64,000 nt of DNA from a bacterium (lineage in GTDB: Bacteria > RBG-13-61-14 > DATKZS01). Location: the NCBI GenBank assembly GCA_963674965.2, contig CAXXFL010000005.1, forward strand, positions 1 to 64,000, written 5' to 3'. Under the pieces are notes generated by a model, which was given only the letters and a program-made list of their open reading frames with translations, was not told the origin of the DNA and ran no database searches. Positions within the stretch are counted from its first letter, which is position 1. The number at the start of each line of letters is the position of its first letter. Position numbers and translations under genes: made by a program. Below, piece after piece: positions 16,810-26,587 of the stretch.

Positions 16810-19341
16810 CTATCTTACCGAGTCGTCCCTGGTAATGGTCAGGGTCTCGGCCTTCCAGATGTCCCGGTTGTATTCCCGTATCGTCCTGTCCGAGCTGAAC
16901 TTGCCCATCCGCGCCACGTTGAGGATGGCCATTTTCGTCCATTCCTTTTTCTCGGCGTAGGCCCGGCTGACCCTCTCCTGGCAATGGCAATATTCCTCGA
17001 AGTCCGCCAGGACCAGGTACTCGTCATGGTTGAGGAGCGAGTCGATCAGGGGATGGAATTTATCCGGGTGCTCGGGATTGAAGAAGCCCTCCCGGATAAG
17101 GTCCATGGAGCGCTTTAAAAGGGGAAGCTTCTCGTAGTATTCCCTCGGGTTGTAGCGGGGCTTGAGGGACGCCACTTCATCGGCGGTAAGACCGAAGATA
17201 AAGATGTTGTCCTCTCCCACTTCCTCAAGGATCTCGATGTTGGCCCCGTCGAGCGTGCCGATGGTAAGGGCCCCGTTAAGGGCGAACTTCATGTTGCCGG
17301 TGCCCGAGGCCTCGTAACCGGCGGTCGATATCTGCTCGGAGAGGTCGGAGGCCGGGAATATCTTTTCCGCCAGGGACACCCGGTAATTGGGAAGGAACAC
17401 CACCCTCATTTGCGAGTTGGTGGTCTTGTCCTTGTTGACCATTTCCGCCACGTGGCAGATGAGGCTGATGCTCAACTTGGCCATCTCGTAGCTGGGCGCG
17501 GCCTTGCCCCCGAAAATAAAGGTGCGAGGACAGGCGAAGCAATCGGGCTCGCTCTTCAGTCTCAGCCAGCAGCTCACGGCGTGGAGCACGTTGAGTATCT
17601 GTCGCTTATATTCATGGATTCTTTTTACCTGGACGTCGAACATGCTCTCCGGGTCGATCCAGTAGCCCGTAATGTTTCGAGTCACCTTGGCCAGTTTTTT
17701 CTTGTTATTGAGCTTGATCTCGCCGAACCTTTTCTGGAAGGCCTCGTCCTCCGCCAGGGGCTCGAGCTTTTTAAGCTCGTCCAGGTCCTTGGCCCAATTG
17801 TTCCCTATATGCTCGGTAATAAGGGAGGCCAGTTCCGGGTTCGAGGCCAGAAGCCACCTTCTCGGGGTGATGCCGTTGGTCTTGTTGTTGAACCTCTCCG
17901 GATACATCTCGTAGAAGTCCCTCAGGGCCCTCTCCTTAAGGAGCCGGGTGTGAAGCTCGGCCACTCCGTTGACCGAATGGGACCCCACGATGGCCAGGTG
18001 GGCCATGCGGATTTTCTTCACCGGCTCCTCCTGGATGAGGGACATGCGCTTTTCCCGCTCGTGGTCGCCCACGTACTTGACGCTGACCTTTCTGAGGAAC
18101 CGACGGTTGATCTCGTAGACGATCTGGAGGTGGCGGGGAAGCAGGTCCCGGAACATCTCGAGGGACCACTTCTCGAGGGCCTCGGCCAGCAGGGTGTGGT
18201 TGGTATAGGCGCAGGTCCGGCGCGTTATGTCCCAGGCCTGGTCCCATCCAAGAGTATGCTCGTCCATCAGTATCCTCATCAGCTCGGGAACGGTCAAGGA
18301 TGGGTGGGTGTCGTTAAGCTGGATGGCCACCTTTTCCGGGAACTGCTCGAATCCCTCGTGGTTGACGAGGTATCTTCTCACGATGTCCTGGATCGAGCAT
18401 GAAACGAAGAAGTACTGCTGCTTGAGCCTCAGCTCCTGTCCCTTGTAGATGTTGTCGTTCGGGTAAAGGACCTTGGAGATGTTCTCGGAGATGTTCTTTT
18501 CCTCGACCGCCTTCAGGTAGTCGCCGTGCTGGAAGTATTTAAGGTCGAACTCCTTGGACGCCCGGGCGCTCCACAGGCGCAGGGTGTTGACCGTGTTGTT
18601 GTCGTAACCGTCGATGGGAGTGTCGTAGGCTATGCCCACCACGTCGCGGGTGTCCACCCACTCGAATATCTTCTTGCCGTTGCCAAGGGTCTTCTCCTGG
18701 GTCCTTCCATAAAACTTGACCGTGAAGTTGTACTCGGGACGGGCTATCTCCCAGGGGTTGCCGAACTTGAGCCAGGCCTCGGGAGACTCGACCTGGTTCA
18801 TCTCCCGGATAATCTGCTCGAAGATGCCGAACTCGTACCTGATGCCGTAACCGTAACAGGGTATCTCGAGAGTGGCCATGGAATCGAGGAAGCAGGCGGC
18901 CAGCCTTCCCAGTCCTCCATTACCAAGACCCGCGTCCGGTTCCTGCTCGCAGATGTCGTCGAAGTCGAGATGGAGCTCCTCCATGGCCTTCTTGGCCTCG
19001 TCGTACATCTCGAGGTTGATGAGGTTGTTTATCAGAGCCCTGCCCATCAGGTATTCGGCGGACAGGTAATACACCCTCTTCACGTCGTTGTCATAGTACA
19101 TCTGCTGGGTGCGAATCCAGCGCTCGACCATCCGGTCCCGCGCCGTCAGGGCCATGGCGTCGAAAAGGTCCCTCGGCGTGTACGTATACTGGTCCTTGGA
19201 CAAGGAGTATTCCAGATGGTTGGCAAAGGAAAGCTGTATGGCCTTGGACGTAAGTCCCTTTTGAAAAATACCCCACTGCTTGAACAACGCGCTGTTTCTC
19301 ATGGTCCTCCCCTGCCGCCCGTTAGGGCTTTGTCCGTTCAT
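16810..19341 (-). CDS. glgP: Glycogen/starch phosphorylase
   Basis: GLGNGGLGRLAACF, QLNDTHP, KRIHEYKRQ, PLP site EASGTGNMKF; alternative start at 19302. Confidence 0.97.
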   Translation of the reverse strand: MNGQSPNGRQGRTMRNSALFKQWGIFQKGLTSKAIQLSFANHLEYSLSKDQYTYTPRDLFDAMALTARDRMVERWIRTQQMYYDNDVKRVYYLSAEYLMGRALINNLINLEMYDEAKKAMEELHLDFDDICEQEPDAGLGNGGLGRLAACFLDSMATLEIPCYGYGIRYEFGIFEQIIREMNQVESPEAWLKFGNPWEIARPEYNFTVKFYGRTQEKTLGNGKKIFEWVDTRDVVGIAYDTPIDGYDNNTVNTLRLWSARASKEFDLKYFQHGDYLKAVEEKNISENISKVLYPNDNIYKGQELRLKQQYFFVSCSIQDIVRRYLVNHEGFEQFPEKVAIQLNDTHPSLTVPELMRILMDEHTLGWDQAWDITRRTCAYTNHTLLAEALEKWSLEMFRDLLPRHLQIVYEINRRFLRKVSVKYVGDHEREKRMSLIQEEPVKKIRMAHLAIVGSHSVNGVAELHTRLLKERALRDFYEMYPERFNNKTNGITPRRWLLASNPELASLITEHIGNNWAKDLDELKKLEPLAEDEAFQKRFGEIKLNNKKKLAKVTRNITGYWIDPESMFDVQVKRIHEYKRQILNVLHAVSCWLRLKSEPDCFACPRTFIFGGKAAPSYEMAKLSISLICHVAEMVNKDKTTNSQMRVVFLPNYRVSLAEKIFPASDLSEQISTAGYEASGTGNMKFALNGALTIGTLDGANIEILEEVGEDNIFIFGLTADEVASLKPRYNPREYYEKLPLLKRSMDLIREGFFNPEHPDKFHPLIDSLLNHDEYLVLADFEEYCHCQERVSRAYAEKKEWTKMAILNVARMGKFSSDRTIREYNRDIWKAETLTITRDDSVR

Positions 19342-19562
19342 GTCGTTTCCTTCCTTACCGGAAAAAGTTTAGTGTCTTTCATGCCGGGCCGCAACGCCCG
19401 AGGCGGATTCGTTCAAAAGCTTTCCGTCGCCTGAAAACGGCCGCGCTCCAGCCATGACTAAGTCGTCCTTTCGGCTTAAGCGTCGAGCAAGGCCCGTCCG
19501 CATATTTTCGGGGCCTTGGTTCGACAAGTCAAGCGAGAGGACGCCCTCGAAAAATTATCCGC

Positions 19563-19592
19563 TTGACCCCCGGCCTCGCCCGGCAATAAAAT
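19563..19592 (+). promoter_or_regulatory. Sigma70-like promoter of rsmE, very short leader
   Basis: TTGACC-N18-TAAAAT, ATG 9 nt downstream, no SD. Confidence 0.45.
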
Positions 19593-19601
19593 GACGCTTC
19601 C

Positions 19602-20375
19602 ATGAAGAAAAACGGACTCATCGAGCTCGAGACCGAGCCCGCCCTCGGCGAGGAGGTCATACTGGGCGCCGACAAGGCGGCTACTCTCGAACAATGGAAT
19701 CCTCGAGTGGGAAGCGCCTTTACGGCGGCGTCCCCCTCGGGAGTCTTCTTCCGCGCCCGGCTGATTGAATGGGACGGCTCGAGCGCAAGGCTCCTGGTCT
19801 TCGAGCGCCTGCCTCGAGAACCCGAGTCGCCCCTGCAAATAGTCCTTATCCAGGCGCTGCCGGACAAGGAGCGAATGGAGCTTATCATCGAGAAATCTGT
19901 CGAGCTGGGCGTGGACGTTATCGTTCCCTGGCGCGCCCGAAAAGGCATATCACTCGAGGAGCGCGAGTCAAGGCAGCCCAAGGCCCACAAATGGCCCGAC
20001 CTTGCCCGCCGGGCCGCCAAGCAATGTCGGCGCGGAAAAATCCCCTGGATAGCTCCCTATTCCGAGCTTGCGGCCGCCCTCGATCTCTCCGGTGAAGGCG
20101 ACCTGAAAATCTGCCTGTTTGAGGAGGCGACCGTGACGCTTAAGGATTTTCTCGCGCAGGAAAGGAGCGGCTTCCACGAGGGTCCGCGGGGCGTATCCAT
20201 TTTAGTGGGGCCGGAGGGAGGGCTGACGCGGGAGGAAGTTGATTTGGCCGTCTCGAAAGGCTTCGCTCCCGTGAGCCTGGGTCCCAGAATCTTGAGGACC
20301 GAAACCGCGGCCATCGCCGCCGCGGCGTTGATGCAGTTCGCCCTGGGAGACCTGGGAGGGGCCGGAAAACTATAA
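19602..20375 (+). CDS. rsmE: 16S rRNA m3U1498 methyltransferase
   Basis: ELIIEKSVELGV, AAKQCRR, VGPEGGLT, LGPRILRTETA SPOUT motifs. Confidence 0.93.
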   Translation: MKKNGLIELETEPALGEEVILGADKAATLEQWNPRVGSAFTAASPSGVFFRARLIEWDGSSARLLVFERLPREPESPLQIVLIQALPDKERMELIIEKSVELGVDVIVPWRARKGISLEERESRQPKAHKWPDLARRAAKQCRRGKIPWIAPYSELAAALDLSGEGDLKICLFEEATVTLKDFLAQERSGFHEGPRGVSILVGPEGGLTREEVDLAVSKGFAPVSLGPRILRTETAAIAAAALMQFALGDLGGAGKL

Positions 20376-23150
20376 TTGGCGAGACGCCGCGCCTTGCCGC
20401 CTTCTGAAAAGGATGGCCGCCGCGAGGGCCAGCCAGGAGACGATGCCCACCCACAGCCCCACGCGGAAGGACTCGGGTTTAAACTCGAAGACCACCTCAT
20501 CGTTTCCCGCCGGGGCCTTTATGGCCCGGAAGGCGCAGTTGGCCCGGAATATCCGGACGTCTTTTCCGTTTATCCTGGCCTTCCAGCCGGGATAATAAGT
20601 ATCGGCCAGGATCAGCGTTCCGTCATTTTCCATCTTCACTTTGGCCGATACGCGATTGGCCTTGAAAGCCGTTTCCAGGACTTGCCCCCTCCCGCTTGCC
20701 CAGGGACCAAAGGAATCGTCGATAACCACCTCGCTCGTTCCCATATCCTTCCCGGACCGAAACCTCTCGACGCAGTCGGAAAAGTCCGGGACCGTTTCCA
20801 CCTCCTCGGCCACCCTCAAGCGGGGAAGGGCCAGCGCGTTTTCGTAACAGGCCTCGGGGCCAAGGCTCACGGGGCGCCAGTTCCGCTCGAACTCCTTTCT
20901 CGCCTCCGGGTCATGTAAGTCGGCCCATACCAAGTAGTCGGAGCGCTCGTCGCCTCTTGGGCCCGGCAGCGCCAGGAGAGCCATGGACCCTTTTGCTTCC
21001 GCCTCGATCATAAAGGGTATCCAGCGCTTGTCATCGGGACGCCCGCGAGGATCGAGGCTCCTCGAGTATACGAGACGCGAGGCGCCCTCGGTTTTATCAA
21101 GGGCCTGCGCGATTACTCCGTCGCCCCGCGAGGGGTCCCAGGCGGCGGGCAATATCGAGACCTTTCCCGACAATTGAAGGCTTTTTTCCCCGGCGAGCGG
21201 GGCGACCTCGACCCGGGATGGAGCGTGCTGTAAAAGGCCCCGAGCCGACTCTTCCTGGACGTCGAGCTTTATCTCGGACAGGTACTCGGGTCCGGGGGCC
21301 GTCACCACCGGCTCTTTCCCACCATCGAGGGCCGAGTCGGGAAGGCGCCGGTCCGAGAGCAGTCTCCTGACCGAGGCCTTGCCATAAGCCTTAGCCGAGC
21401 GGCCGGTCGGGATTATCTCGAAGTAGTAGTTATACATGTAGTGCCGCACCGTATCGACGTGGTCCCAACCGTTAGCCGCGGCTATCCACTGGACCAGGCC
21501 CTCGGGAAATATCATCTCATATGATCGGAAATCCAGCCGGCCCTCGAGCATGGCCAGGCTCGGATGGAGGACCTCGCCGTGCCCGGTGAAACGCCAGGTC
21601 GGGTCGGCGTCGGCGCAGGCGCTAAGGTCATCCACCCGCTCCAGTCCGCGATGGGGATGGGGCATGAGCGGCCTGTCCATTACCCGGTCGTAGACGAAAA
21701 GCTCGATAAAGGCGAAAGCGGCCAGGGCGGCCCCCCTCCTGAAATAAACCGCCGGGACCAGGAGCGCCGTGAATACCGCCGCGCCGGCCGCGGGTCCCAC
21801 GATTAAAAACGAACTTAGCGGAAGCCCCGCCCGGCTCGCGACCAGGGCCATGCCCGCCGCGACGGCCGCGCCGAAAATCACGAGCGCGGCGGCCAGGCTT
21901 TTTTGGTAGGATGGAAGCCATAGGCGGTCGAAGAGCGTGGCGGCGCATCCGGCGGCGGCCAGCGCGGAGGAAAAGGTTGTGAACCTCCAATTCGAGACCT
22001 GGTTGAAGGGAGGCGCTTCGGCGATGAGGGAAAAGGGAAAAAGTCCGAACGCCAGCCCTATGCAGACGATGGCGACCCCCGCCAGATACGCGGCCTCCGC
22101 CGGCAGCCTTTTAATATTCAGCATGGTCAGGACCAACAAGAACGACGCCGTAACGCCCAGGTACTCGAACGGTATGGGTATGGTCGCTTCGGAGTAGGAA
22201 GCGGGCGGAAACCGGGTCTCGATTATGGTCCTGGCCGCCTGCCCGAAGAATTCCTTGTTCATGAGGAATATGGCCGGGTCCCAGAGGGGGGAGGCCACGC
22301 CGACGATTCCCCTCGGGTCGAGGTGAAGACGCCCGTAACCGGGAAGATGATGGCTGAAGGCCTGGGAAAGGTACTCGAGGAACGGCAAAAGCTGGGGCAG
22401 GGCGAGAAGCCCTCCGCCGGCGAGCGCGGCCCCGGGAAGCAGGGCGTACCTTCCGGGCCGAAGGGGGACCCTTCTCCCGACAAGGGCGGCGACGTACAGT
22501 CCGTATCCCATGAGCAAAGCCAGGTAAGGCGTCTGCGGATTGCCTCCCAGGAGACAGTATCCATAGGAAAGGGCGACGGCGAGGGCGGATGAAAACCTGG
22601 GCGCCAGGGCCAGCCGGTGCATGCCGTAAAGGCACCATGGCAAAACGAAGGTCGACCCGATCACGGAGTTGACGTTAAGGGCGTTGAAGCCGGTAAAGGT
22701 AAAAAGCACGGAGGCCACAAGGCCGGCCCTTCTCGATCCTCCCAGGCTCCGGGCCAGGGCGTAGGTTCCCGTAAGGGCGATGAATATCCTGACGGCGAGA
22801 AACAGGTTGAGGCCAAGCGGGAAGGGGACCAGATACTTTAAAAGAGCGTGGGGAAGAGCGCACTCGTCCAGGGTGTTGGCCCAAAGGGGAAGACCGCATC
22901 CGGACGCCTGGTTCCAAAGGGGAAAGAAGCCGGAAAGGACCTGGTCCCGGGCCAGCCTGGCGACGGGATAGGTATGGGAAACGCAGTGTTCGTCCCAGAT
23001 GTATTTGGCGGCCACTCCGCCGGGATCGAGGGCGTAAGGAGCAAGATAGACGAGCTCGGCCAATAACAGCCACGGAAGCGCCCTCATCCAATCCCCGGTC
23101 CTGGCGCCCGACTTCCTTCTCGAGGAGCCTGGCGCCTCCTGGCTTTGCAT
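20370..23150 (-). CDS. YfhO-family multipass membrane protein (GT-C-like)
   Basis: FFPLWNQASGCGLP, many TM segments, C-terminal TLILADTYYPGWKARING...AFRAI...VVFEFKP; start reassigned to ATG 23150. Confidence 0.85.
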   Translation of the reverse strand: MQSQEAPGSSRRKSGARTGDWMRALPWLLLAELVYLAPYALDPGGVAAKYIWDEHCVSHTYPVARLARDQVLSGFFPLWNQASGCGLPLWANTLDECALPHALLKYLVPFPLGLNLFLAVRIFIALTGTYALARSLGGSRRAGLVASVLFTFTGFNALNVNSVIGSTFVLPWCLYGMHRLALAPRFSSALAVALSYGYCLLGGNPQTPYLALLMGYGLYVAALVGRRVPLRPGRYALLPGAALAGGGLLALPQLLPFLEYLSQAFSHHLPGYGRLHLDPRGIVGVASPLWDPAIFLMNKEFFGQAARTIIETRFPPASYSEATIPIPFEYLGVTASFLLVLTMLNIKRLPAEAAYLAGVAIVCIGLAFGLFPFSLIAEAPPFNQVSNWRFTTFSSALAAAGCAATLFDRLWLPSYQKSLAAALVIFGAAVAAGMALVASRAGLPLSSFLIVGPAAGAAVFTALLVPAVYFRRGAALAAFAFIELFVYDRVMDRPLMPHPHRGLERVDDLSACADADPTWRFTGHGEVLHPSLAMLEGRLDFRSYEMIFPEGLVQWIAAANGWDHVDTVRHYMYNYYFEIIPTGRSAKAYGKASVRRLLSDRRLPDSALDGGKEPVVTAPGPEYLSEIKLDVQEESARGLLQHAPSRVEVAPLAGEKSLQLSGKVSILPAAWDPSRGDGVIAQALDKTEGASRLVYSRSLDPRGRPDDKRWIPFMIEAEAKGSMALLALPGPRGDERSDYLVWADLHDPEARKEFERNWRPVSLGPEACYENALALPRLRVAEEVETVPDFSDCVERFRSGKDMGTSEVVIDDSFGPWASGRGQVLETAFKANRVSAKVKMENDGTLILADTYYPGWKARINGKDVRIFRANCAFRAIKAPAGNDEVVFEFKPESFRVGLWVGIVSWLALAAAILFRRRQGAASRQL

Positions 23151-23178
23151 ACGGCCGTTTCCCTCGATCGCTAACTCC

Positions 23179-24309
23179 TCAGACGGACGTCTCGTAAATC
23201 CGGTAGGTCTTGTATATCTCACCGCCCATTTTGACTATGGCCCTGTTCATGGCGTCGTTGGACTCGAGTATCCAGCTCATCTCTCCCCATTCGTATCCCA
23301 GTCGCTTGGCGGCGTTAAGGGTGTCCACGTAAAAGACCGCGCCTATGCCGGTCTTCCGGAACTCCTCCTTGACCCCCAGGGTCACCACCCGGCAGGAGCG
23401 GAACTTCTTCTTAACGAGCATGCTGTACCACAGGGTGGGCAAGGCGTTATAGACGCGCCCGTTCATCTGCTGGAAGTACTCGTTCATGTTCGGCAGGGTC
23501 AGCGCCGCCCCCATGATCTCTCCGTCCTTGGTCTCGGCGAAAAAGGCCAGGCGCATATCGACCAGGTATTTCATCTCGAAGGCGTGGGCCTTGAACTCCT
23601 TTTCGGACATCAGGACCGCGCCCCAGTTCTTTTCCCAGGCCGAGTTGTAGACCTCGAGCCACCTGTCCATCTCCCGGTCGAAGTCCTTGAAGTTCCAGTT
23701 GCGCACGACTATGTCCTCGTTGGCCCGGACGGCCTCGGCGAAGCGGCTTATGTCCTCTGGCGCCTCGGCGGTGGTGTCCATTCTGTAAGCGTAAAGGTCC
23801 TGGGCCTTCTCGAGACCGAGCTCGTCCATCATACGCCCGTAGTAGCTCGGGTGGTGGGTCATCATGAACATGGGCGGAGTGTCGAAGCCGTCTATCAGCA
23901 GCCCGCACTCGTCATTGATATTGAAGTTAAAGGGGCCCTGCATCTTGTCCCTGCCCCTCGTCCTCAGCCAGTCCGCGGCGGCCTCGAGCAGGGCCTTGGC
24001 CACCGCGACGTCGTTGACCGACTCGATCCATCCGAAATGCCCGGTCTTTCCGCCCCAGTGCTCGTCGTAGTTCCGATCGAGATGCGCGGTAATCCGGCCG
24101 ACCGGCTCCGAGCCTCGATAAGCCAGAAAATACTCGCCCTCCGCGTGATCGAAGAAATGGTTGTGCCTGGCGCTGAATTTGCGCTTCATGTCGAAAATTA
24201 AGGGCGGGACCCAGTTGGGGTCGCCGGCGTAGATTTTCCACGGCAGCTTTATAAAGTCCATCATCTCCGACTTGGTGGTTACCGGTTTTACGGATATCTC
24301 AAGAGCCAT
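23179..24309 (-). CDS. GNAT-fold N-acyltransferase of the YghO / bacterial ceramide synthase (bCerS) family
   Basis: FIKLPWKIYAGDPNWVPPL, FFDHAE, GRITAH, GPFNFNINDECGLLIDGFDTPPMFMMTH, AWEKNWG, EMSWILESN, YKTYRIYE. Confidence 0.8.
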   Translation of the reverse strand: MALEISVKPVTTKSEMMDFIKLPWKIYAGDPNWVPPLIFDMKRKFSARHNHFFDHAEGEYFLAYRGSEPVGRITAHLDRNYDEHWGGKTGHFGWIESVNDVAVAKALLEAAADWLRTRGRDKMQGPFNFNINDECGLLIDGFDTPPMFMMTHHPSYYGRMMDELGLEKAQDLYAYRMDTTAEAPEDISRFAEAVRANEDIVVRNWNFKDFDREMDRWLEVYNSAWEKNWGAVLMSEKEFKAHAFEMKYLVDMRLAFFAETKDGEIMGAALTLPNMNEYFQQMNGRVYNALPTLWYSMLVKKKFRSCRVVTLGVKEEFRKTGIGAVFYVDTLNAAKRLGYEWGEMSWILESNDAMNRAIVKMGGEIYKTYRIYETSV

Positions 24310-24343
24310 GGCCCGTCTCCTTTCCCCGCGAAAGGCCTCGTTT

Positions 24344-26500
24344 CTAAACGCCTTCCCGGCCGACCCCGGGTAACTCGGCGGAAGGGAACAGGGTCATGCT
24401 CCCGTCCACGGCCCAGAAGTCTTTTTTTCCGTGGAACGCTATCAAGGGGTTAACCTCGAATCTCATTATTGCGTCGAAATCGGAAATAAGTTGTCCCGCC
24501 CGGCACAAAAGGTCCACCAATGATGGAACATGCACGGGCCTTCTTCCTCTCGTTCCCTCCAGCAGGGGAAAAATTTTCAGGTCGTTTATCATCCGCCGCG
24601 CCTCGAGGGGAGTGACGGGCAAAATCCGGTACTGGAAATCTCGAATGATGTCCGCGTAGGGTCCGCCGGCGCCTATCTTCAAGACGGGACCGAAGATGGG
24701 ATCGCGATCCACCCCGAGAATCAGTTCCCGCCCTCCCTTCAGCATTCGCTGAATGATTATACCCCTGACCTCCGCGGATGGGTAGCGGGCGCGAACGTTC
24801 TCTTGCACCGCGTGGTAGGCCCGCCTGACCTCGTCCTCCCCGCCGACGTCGAGAAGCACGCCCCCCACGTCGGACTTCTTCCGGATGCCGCTCGAGGCGG
24901 CCTTGACCACCACGGGGTATCCCGTCTCGTTCGCGAGCTTCACCGCGTCCTCTTCATTGAAGACGACCCCTCCCTGAGGCGGCTTGGCCCCGTAGGCCTC
25001 CACTATGGACCTTAGCTCCTCGGGCCGGAGGCTCTCGCGTCCCGCCTGGACGGCCGCGTTCAGTATTACGGCCACCTTGTCCCTGTCCATGGCGCGATAT
25101 TTCTTCACCTTGCCGCGAGGAAGGTCGCGGCCGACGCCGTAATCGTACATGCGCCGGATCACGCGGCAGGCCGACTCGGGAAACCGGTAATGAGGGACGC
25201 TTCCCGAGGCGGCGCCCGCTCGCTTCTCTTGTCCCCATCCCCCCATCATGCAGGCGAAGGCGGGCTTGGAGGCGCCCTTGACTCCAGCGGAAAGGGACGC
25301 GGCCGCCTTCTCGCTCTCCGGTCCCACGTAAATCCCCAGCAGGGAATCGACGTTGGGGTCGGACAGGATGACCCTGGCCGTCTCGCCGTAAAGTCCGGGA
25401 TCGGCGTCGGTCCTTATATCCACGGGGTTGCGGACGGTGGCCCTGGCCGGCAGCGCGCGCTCGAGCCCGGCCACCGTCCTCGGGTCCAGGGGCGGAACGA
25501 CCAGGTCCAGACCCTCCGCCGCGTCCTGGGCCATAATCCCGGGACCGCCGCCGTTCGTGAGGATGGCGATCCGGGGCCCCTTGGGAAGAGCGCCGCGAGC
25601 GACGGCCGAGGCCAGATCGAACATCTCCTCGAGACTCTGCACCCGCATCACGCCGCACTGGAGGAAAAGAGCGTCAACCGCCCGGTCGTCGCCGTACTCG
25701 ATGCCGAGGCCGCCCTCCGAGGCCCCCTCGCCTCCTCTCCTTAGTCCGGTCGCCCCGGTCCTGCCCGCCTTCACCGCGATGATGGGCTTTCGAGGCGTCA
25801 TGCTCCTGGCGATGGCGGTGAACCTTTTGGGGTCGCCGAAGCTCTCGATATAAAGCAGGACGGCGTCCACATCGGGATCGTCCCGGAAATACTCGAGCAT
25901 GTCGTTGACGGAAACGTCGGCGCCGTTTCCCAGGCTGGCGTACGTCGAGAGGCCCAGGCCCATTTCCTCGGCGTAGCTCAATATGGCCGCTCCCATGGCC
26001 CCGCTCTGACTGACCAGGGCCATCCGTCCCCTTTGCATGGAGACCCTGATGAAAGTGGCGTTCAGCGAGACCGCCGGGTCCGTGTTGATTACGCCCATGC
26101 AATTGGGGCCGAGAAGCCTCACTCCTCTTTTCGACGCGGCTTGAACCAGTTGCCTTTCCAACTCCTCTCCCTCGGGACCCGAGTCGCGAAACCCCGCCGA
26201 TATGACCAGGACCGCCCTCGCCCCGGCCTCGGCGCTTTTTTCCAGGGCCTCGGCCGCCTTTTTCGCCGGCAGCGCGATTATAGACAGGTCGATCGGCTCG
26301 GGGAGGTCGAGAGGACTCGCGTGACAGGGAAGACTATGGATCACTCGCGCCTTGGGATTGACGGGATATACCGGCCCCTGGAAACCGCCGTCCACCAGTC
26401 GCTTGACCAGGAGGTGGCCGAAGCCGCCCGGGTCCCGGCCGGCCCCCACCACGGCGACGGCCCGGGGCTTGAAAAGAATATCCAGTTCGCGACGAGTCAT
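24344..26500 (-). CDS. ADP-forming acyl-CoA synthetase homologue (fused alpha-beta), lacking both phospho-His residues
   Basis: CoA-binding domain, GPNCMG, SQSGAMG, LGNGADV, TNGGGPG, NPVD, ATP-grasp; SHT motif replaced and HKSDVGGV reads KKSDVGGV. Confidence 0.85.
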   Translation of the reverse strand: MTRRELDILFKPRAVAVVGAGRDPGGFGHLLVKRLVDGGFQGPVYPVNPKARVIHSLPCHASPLDLPEPIDLSIIALPAKKAAEALEKSAEAGARAVLVISAGFRDSGPEGEELERQLVQAASKRGVRLLGPNCMGVINTDPAVSLNATFIRVSMQRGRMALVSQSGAMGAAILSYAEEMGLGLSTYASLGNGADVSVNDMLEYFRDDPDVDAVLLYIESFGDPKRFTAIARSMTPRKPIIAVKAGRTGATGLRRGGEGASEGGLGIEYGDDRAVDALFLQCGVMRVQSLEEMFDLASAVARGALPKGPRIAILTNGGGPGIMAQDAAEGLDLVVPPLDPRTVAGLERALPARATVRNPVDIRTDADPGLYGETARVILSDPNVDSLLGIYVGPESEKAAASLSAGVKGASKPAFACMMGGWGQEKRAGAASGSVPHYRFPESACRVIRRMYDYGVGRDLPRGKVKKYRAMDRDKVAVILNAAVQAGRESLRPEELRSIVEAYGAKPPQGGVVFNEEDAVKLANETGYPVVVKAASSGIRKKSDVGGVLLDVGGEDEVRRAYHAVQENVRARYPSAEVRGIIIQRMLKGGRELILGVDRDPIFGPVLKIGAGGPYADIIRDFQYRILPVTPLEARRMINDLKIFPLLEGTRGRRPVHVPSLVDLLCRAGQLISDFDAIMRFEVNPLIAFHGKKDFWAVDGSMTLFPSAELPGVGREGV

Positions 26501-26587
26501 GGCTTTACGAATCCAGGTCGAAAATATAGCACGGCCCGCGTTTTAAAAGAAAGCGGCGCGGCCAGGGCCCGGGACTCGACTCTTGGA

